IMG/VR virus record: IMGVR_UViG_3300025637_000039
Span: 1 to 30,936 of that record
Strand: one strand, 5' to 3'
Origin: a virus
Taxonomy: Duplodnaviria; Caudoviricetes
Length of the DNA: 30,936 nt
The translations under genes and the position numbers were made by a program. Positions 29,157 through 30,936 of the stretch are shown here, piece after piece. The notes below the pieces were generated by a model. It ran no database searches, was not told where the DNA came from, and was given only the letters and a program-made list of their open reading frames with translations. Within the stretch, counting starts at the first letter, position 1. The number at the start of each line of letters is the position of its first letter.

Positions 29157-29615
29157 ATGAGAGATTTAGATTTAAGAAAGCAATTAAAATCCTTTGGAAA
29201 AGGATTGATTAAAGGAGTAGCAGCTTCGGTTACAGGAGGAGCAAGCTTAGGAGCAAATGTTGCAAAAAACTTTGCACAACCTAAAGTTGGCAATTTGCCA
29301 AGCATAACAGAAGCAGGAAGCAATCAGAAACCTACAAAAAAAGCTTCTACCGGCATGAGGGCTACTAGTAAAAAACTAAAAGGAGCAAAAGCTATTAGTA
29401 AAAAAATGCAAAAATCAAAAAAACTTGAAAAGCTTCCGGCTACGTTTACTAGCGCTAAGCAAGCGGAGATTAAAACTGTAAAAACAAAATCTCCCTCACC
29501 TAAGATTAGCAAAGCTAAACCTACTGTTAAAAAAACAAATAGTAATAAAAAAGTTAAGACAAAGGTTAAAACAAATAAAAGAGGAGTAGTTAAGATTAAA
29601 ACAAAAATAAAATAA
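29157..29615 (+). CDS. Lysine-rich, histone H1-like basic protein
   Basis: 152 aa with a very K/T/S/A-rich C-terminal two thirds, a good A-rich start context, and coupling to the next gene (TAATG). Confidence 0.65.
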   Translation: MRDLDLRKQLKSFGKGLIKGVAASVTGGASLGANVAKNFAQPKVGNLPSITEAGSNQKPTKKASTGMRATSKKLKGAKAISKKMQKSKKLEKLPATFTSAKQAEIKTVKTKSPSPKISKAKPTVKKTNSNKKVKTKVKTNKRGVVKIKTKIK

Positions 29616-29878
29616 TGTACCAATCACCATTAAGCAAAGTTAGAAAAAGCAAAAAGGGGGCATCTCTTAGACGTTGGTTTAAAGAAGAATGGCAGACACC
29701 TAGTGGAGATAAAGACTATAGCGGTGGTGAAAACTTATTCAGACCAAAGAAAAGAATAAATAGCAAAACAGCTACAACCTGGAGCGAGTTAACTCCTGCT
29801 GAAAAAACAGCTGCTCAAAAAGAAAAAAATAGTAAAGGAAGAGTTAGTAGATTTAAAAAGAAAAAAAGGAATAAATAA
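29615..29878 (+). CDS. Small basic protein with LRRWFKEEW motif (DUF5872-like)
   Basis: 87 aa with GASLRRWFKEEW...FRPKKRINSKTATTWSELT, resembling the C-terminal half of DUF5872-type viral proteins. Confidence 0.65.
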   Translation: MYQSPLSKVRKSKKGASLRRWFKEEWQTPSGDKDYSGGENLFRPKKRINSKTATTWSELTPAEKTAAQKEKNSKGRVSRFKKKKRNK

Positions 29879-29913
29879 ATTGGGCGTACCATACCCACAA
29901 ATTCCTGTAAATG

Positions 29914-29945
29914 AAAAGGGCCCTCAATACGAGAGCCCTTTTTTT
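29914..29945. terminator. Bidirectional intrinsic terminator between convergent modules
   Basis: AAAAGGGC-CCTC-AATAC-GAGA-GCCC-TTTTTTT, with T runs on both strands, located between converging genes. Confidence 0.8.
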
Positions 29946-29976
29946 AATATGCATAATACGCATGTGTATAGCATAC

Positions 29977-30936
29977 TTATCCATCGCACGCTAAACAATC
30001 TTCACTCATAGCTTTCTGCGCTATATCGCCACGCAAAACAGATTCTGTTCTAGTATAATACAAAGTCTTAACACCTTTCTTCCAGGCATCAAAGTGAACT
30101 TTGTTCAACCATTTAGGTGTTGCTTCAGAAGGAAATGCTAAATTCAAACTAACTGATTGATCTACATATTCCTGCCTAAGACCTGCTTGATTAACTAACT
30201 CCAATTGATTGATCTCTTTAAAGGTTTTAAAAACTTCCTTGGCGGGTATGTCATGAGCCAGGGTAATACCATCAAGCTCACTAATGTTTTGAACACTACC
30301 ACCATCAGCCAGTATTTTATCCCATGTTTCATTATTATTAATTTTTAATTTTCTTAACAGCTTTACTAGCGTCGGGTTTTTCCTAATGAAAGTCCCTTTC
30401 GCACTTTGCTCTGTAAAAACATTTGCAGCCCACGGCTCAATACCCGGTGAAACATTACCGCTAAGCTTACTATTAGAAACAGTAGGAGCAATAGCACGGA
30501 GATGAGTATTACGCATACCGGTACCAATACACCATAAAGGCTCTCCATAAATTTCCGCAAGATCTCTTGAGGCTCTTTCACTTTCGATTTTAATTTGTGA
30601 AAATATTTTCCTAGTCTCAAACTGAGCAAGTAAACCTTCAAAAGGTAATCCCTTTTCTTGGAGATATGTGTGCCATCCAAGTACACCCAATCCGAGCGCT
30701 CTTCCTTTTTGAGCAGAACGAATGGCATTTTCAAAACCTCTAAGTCCTTTTGCTCTTTGAATAAATTCCTCCATAACCCCATCAAGAAACCACGTAGCGT
30801 GGTATATAAGGTTAGTGTCTTTCCATTCTTCATATTTAGCTAAGTTTAATGATGATAGACAGCAAACAAAGCTGTGGTTCTCATCTGTTGTTAATGTTAT
30901 TTCTGAACATATATTAGTCATATGTACTTTTAGTCC
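29977..30936 (-). CDS. nrdA: Ribonucleotide reductase class I alpha subunit (5'-truncated by window edge)
   Basis: The frame is open to the window edge (GLKVHMTNICSEI). Contains catalytic NxCxE, VCCLSSLNL, AIAPTVSNS, GIEP, DQSVSLN, the KTLYY tyrosine pair and C-terminal CLACDG. Confidence 0.93.
   Translation of the reverse strand, partial: GLKVHMTNICSEITLTTDENHSFVCCLSSLNLAKYEEWKDTNLIYHATWFLDGVMEEFIQRAKGLRGFENAIRSAQKGRALGLGVLGWHTYLQEKGLPFEGLLAQFETRKIFSQIKIESERASRDLAEIYGEPLWCIGTGMRNTHLRAIAPTVSNSKLSGNVSPGIEPWAANVFTEQSAKGTFIRKNPTLVKLLRKLKINNNETWDKILADGGSVQNISELDGITLAHDIPAKEVFKTFKEINQLELVNQAGLRQEYVDQSVSLNLAFPSEATPKWLNKVHFDAWKKGVKTLYYTRTESVLRGDIAQKAMSEDCLACDG
30366..30833 (-). CDS. Overprinted +1-frame ORF inside nrdA, basic protein with a long hydrophobic segment
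   Basis: 155 stop-free codons on the same strand as nrdA. Start context TTAAACTTAGCTAAAT-ATG. nrdA uses CTT/ATT/GTT wherever NTA would create a stop. Hydrophobic run at aa ~99-128. Confidence 0.55.
   Translation of the reverse strand: MKNGKTLTLYTTLRGFLMGLWRNLFKEQKDLEVLKMPFVLLKKEERSDWVYLDGTHISKKRDYLLKVYLLSLRLGKYFHKLKSKVKEPQEILRKFMESLYGVLVPVCVILISVLLLLLFLIVSLAVMFHRVLSRGLQMFLQSKVRKGLSLGKTRR

Noticed and set aside
239-29623. Many 60-140 aa minus-strand ORFs (e.g. 381-788, 14014-14430, 19961-20338, 24461-24814, 29324-29623)
   Set aside because: Antisense shadows of long plus-strand genes, S/F/L-rich, often with non-ATG starts and no local codon distortion.
29881-29897. Small hairpin TGGGCGTACCATACCCA before the terminator
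   Set aside because: Short stem with a mismatch. A function cannot be supported without comparative data.
30658-30843. 61-aa plus-strand ORF opposite nrdA
   Set aside because: Antisense shadow with no plausible start or promoter.
1-30936. Stop-codon reassignment (TAG or TGA) as in some crAss-like phages
   Set aside because: All core genes are intact under the standard code, and TAG (portal) and TGA (17958) act as ordinary stops.
1-30936. Introns, inteins, CRISPR arrays, tRNAs, DGR repeats or transposons
   Set aside because: TerL, capsid and the visible nrdA are uninterrupted. No spaced repeats, cloverleafs, reverse transcriptase or transposase motifs were seen by eye.

Overview
AT-rich fragment of a tailed dsDNA phage with a crAss-like (Crassvirales-related) virion module. 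The host is probably Bacteroidota/Flavobacteriia, since starts are A-rich and lack Shine-Dalgarno motifs. Plus-strand order: tandem GroES-like protein (5'-truncated), TerS, TerL, portal, scaffold-like protein, major capsid, a conserved virion gene, two ring/tubular tail proteins, a two-part tail stabilisation (muzzle-like) protein, two putative ejection proteins, a 3086-aa multidomain virion protein, an M15 peptidase endolysin and three small basic proteins. A bidirectional terminator then separates these from the 3' part of a convergent class I RNR alpha gene. The main surprise is a hidden second coding layer. There are +1-frame overprinted ORFs inside TerL (lipoprotein-like), the scaffold (MPFKSKAQR-type small protein) and nrdA (membrane protein), and a candidate pseudoknot-stimulated -1 frameshift near the start of the giant gene. 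The giant protein looks like an injected polyprotein: an HExxH zincin followed by sigma-r2-like, EHxxP/HNH-like and HAD modules delimited by a repeated [VI]xFS[KS] motif. All family assignments are from motif recognition by eye; no database searches were run.
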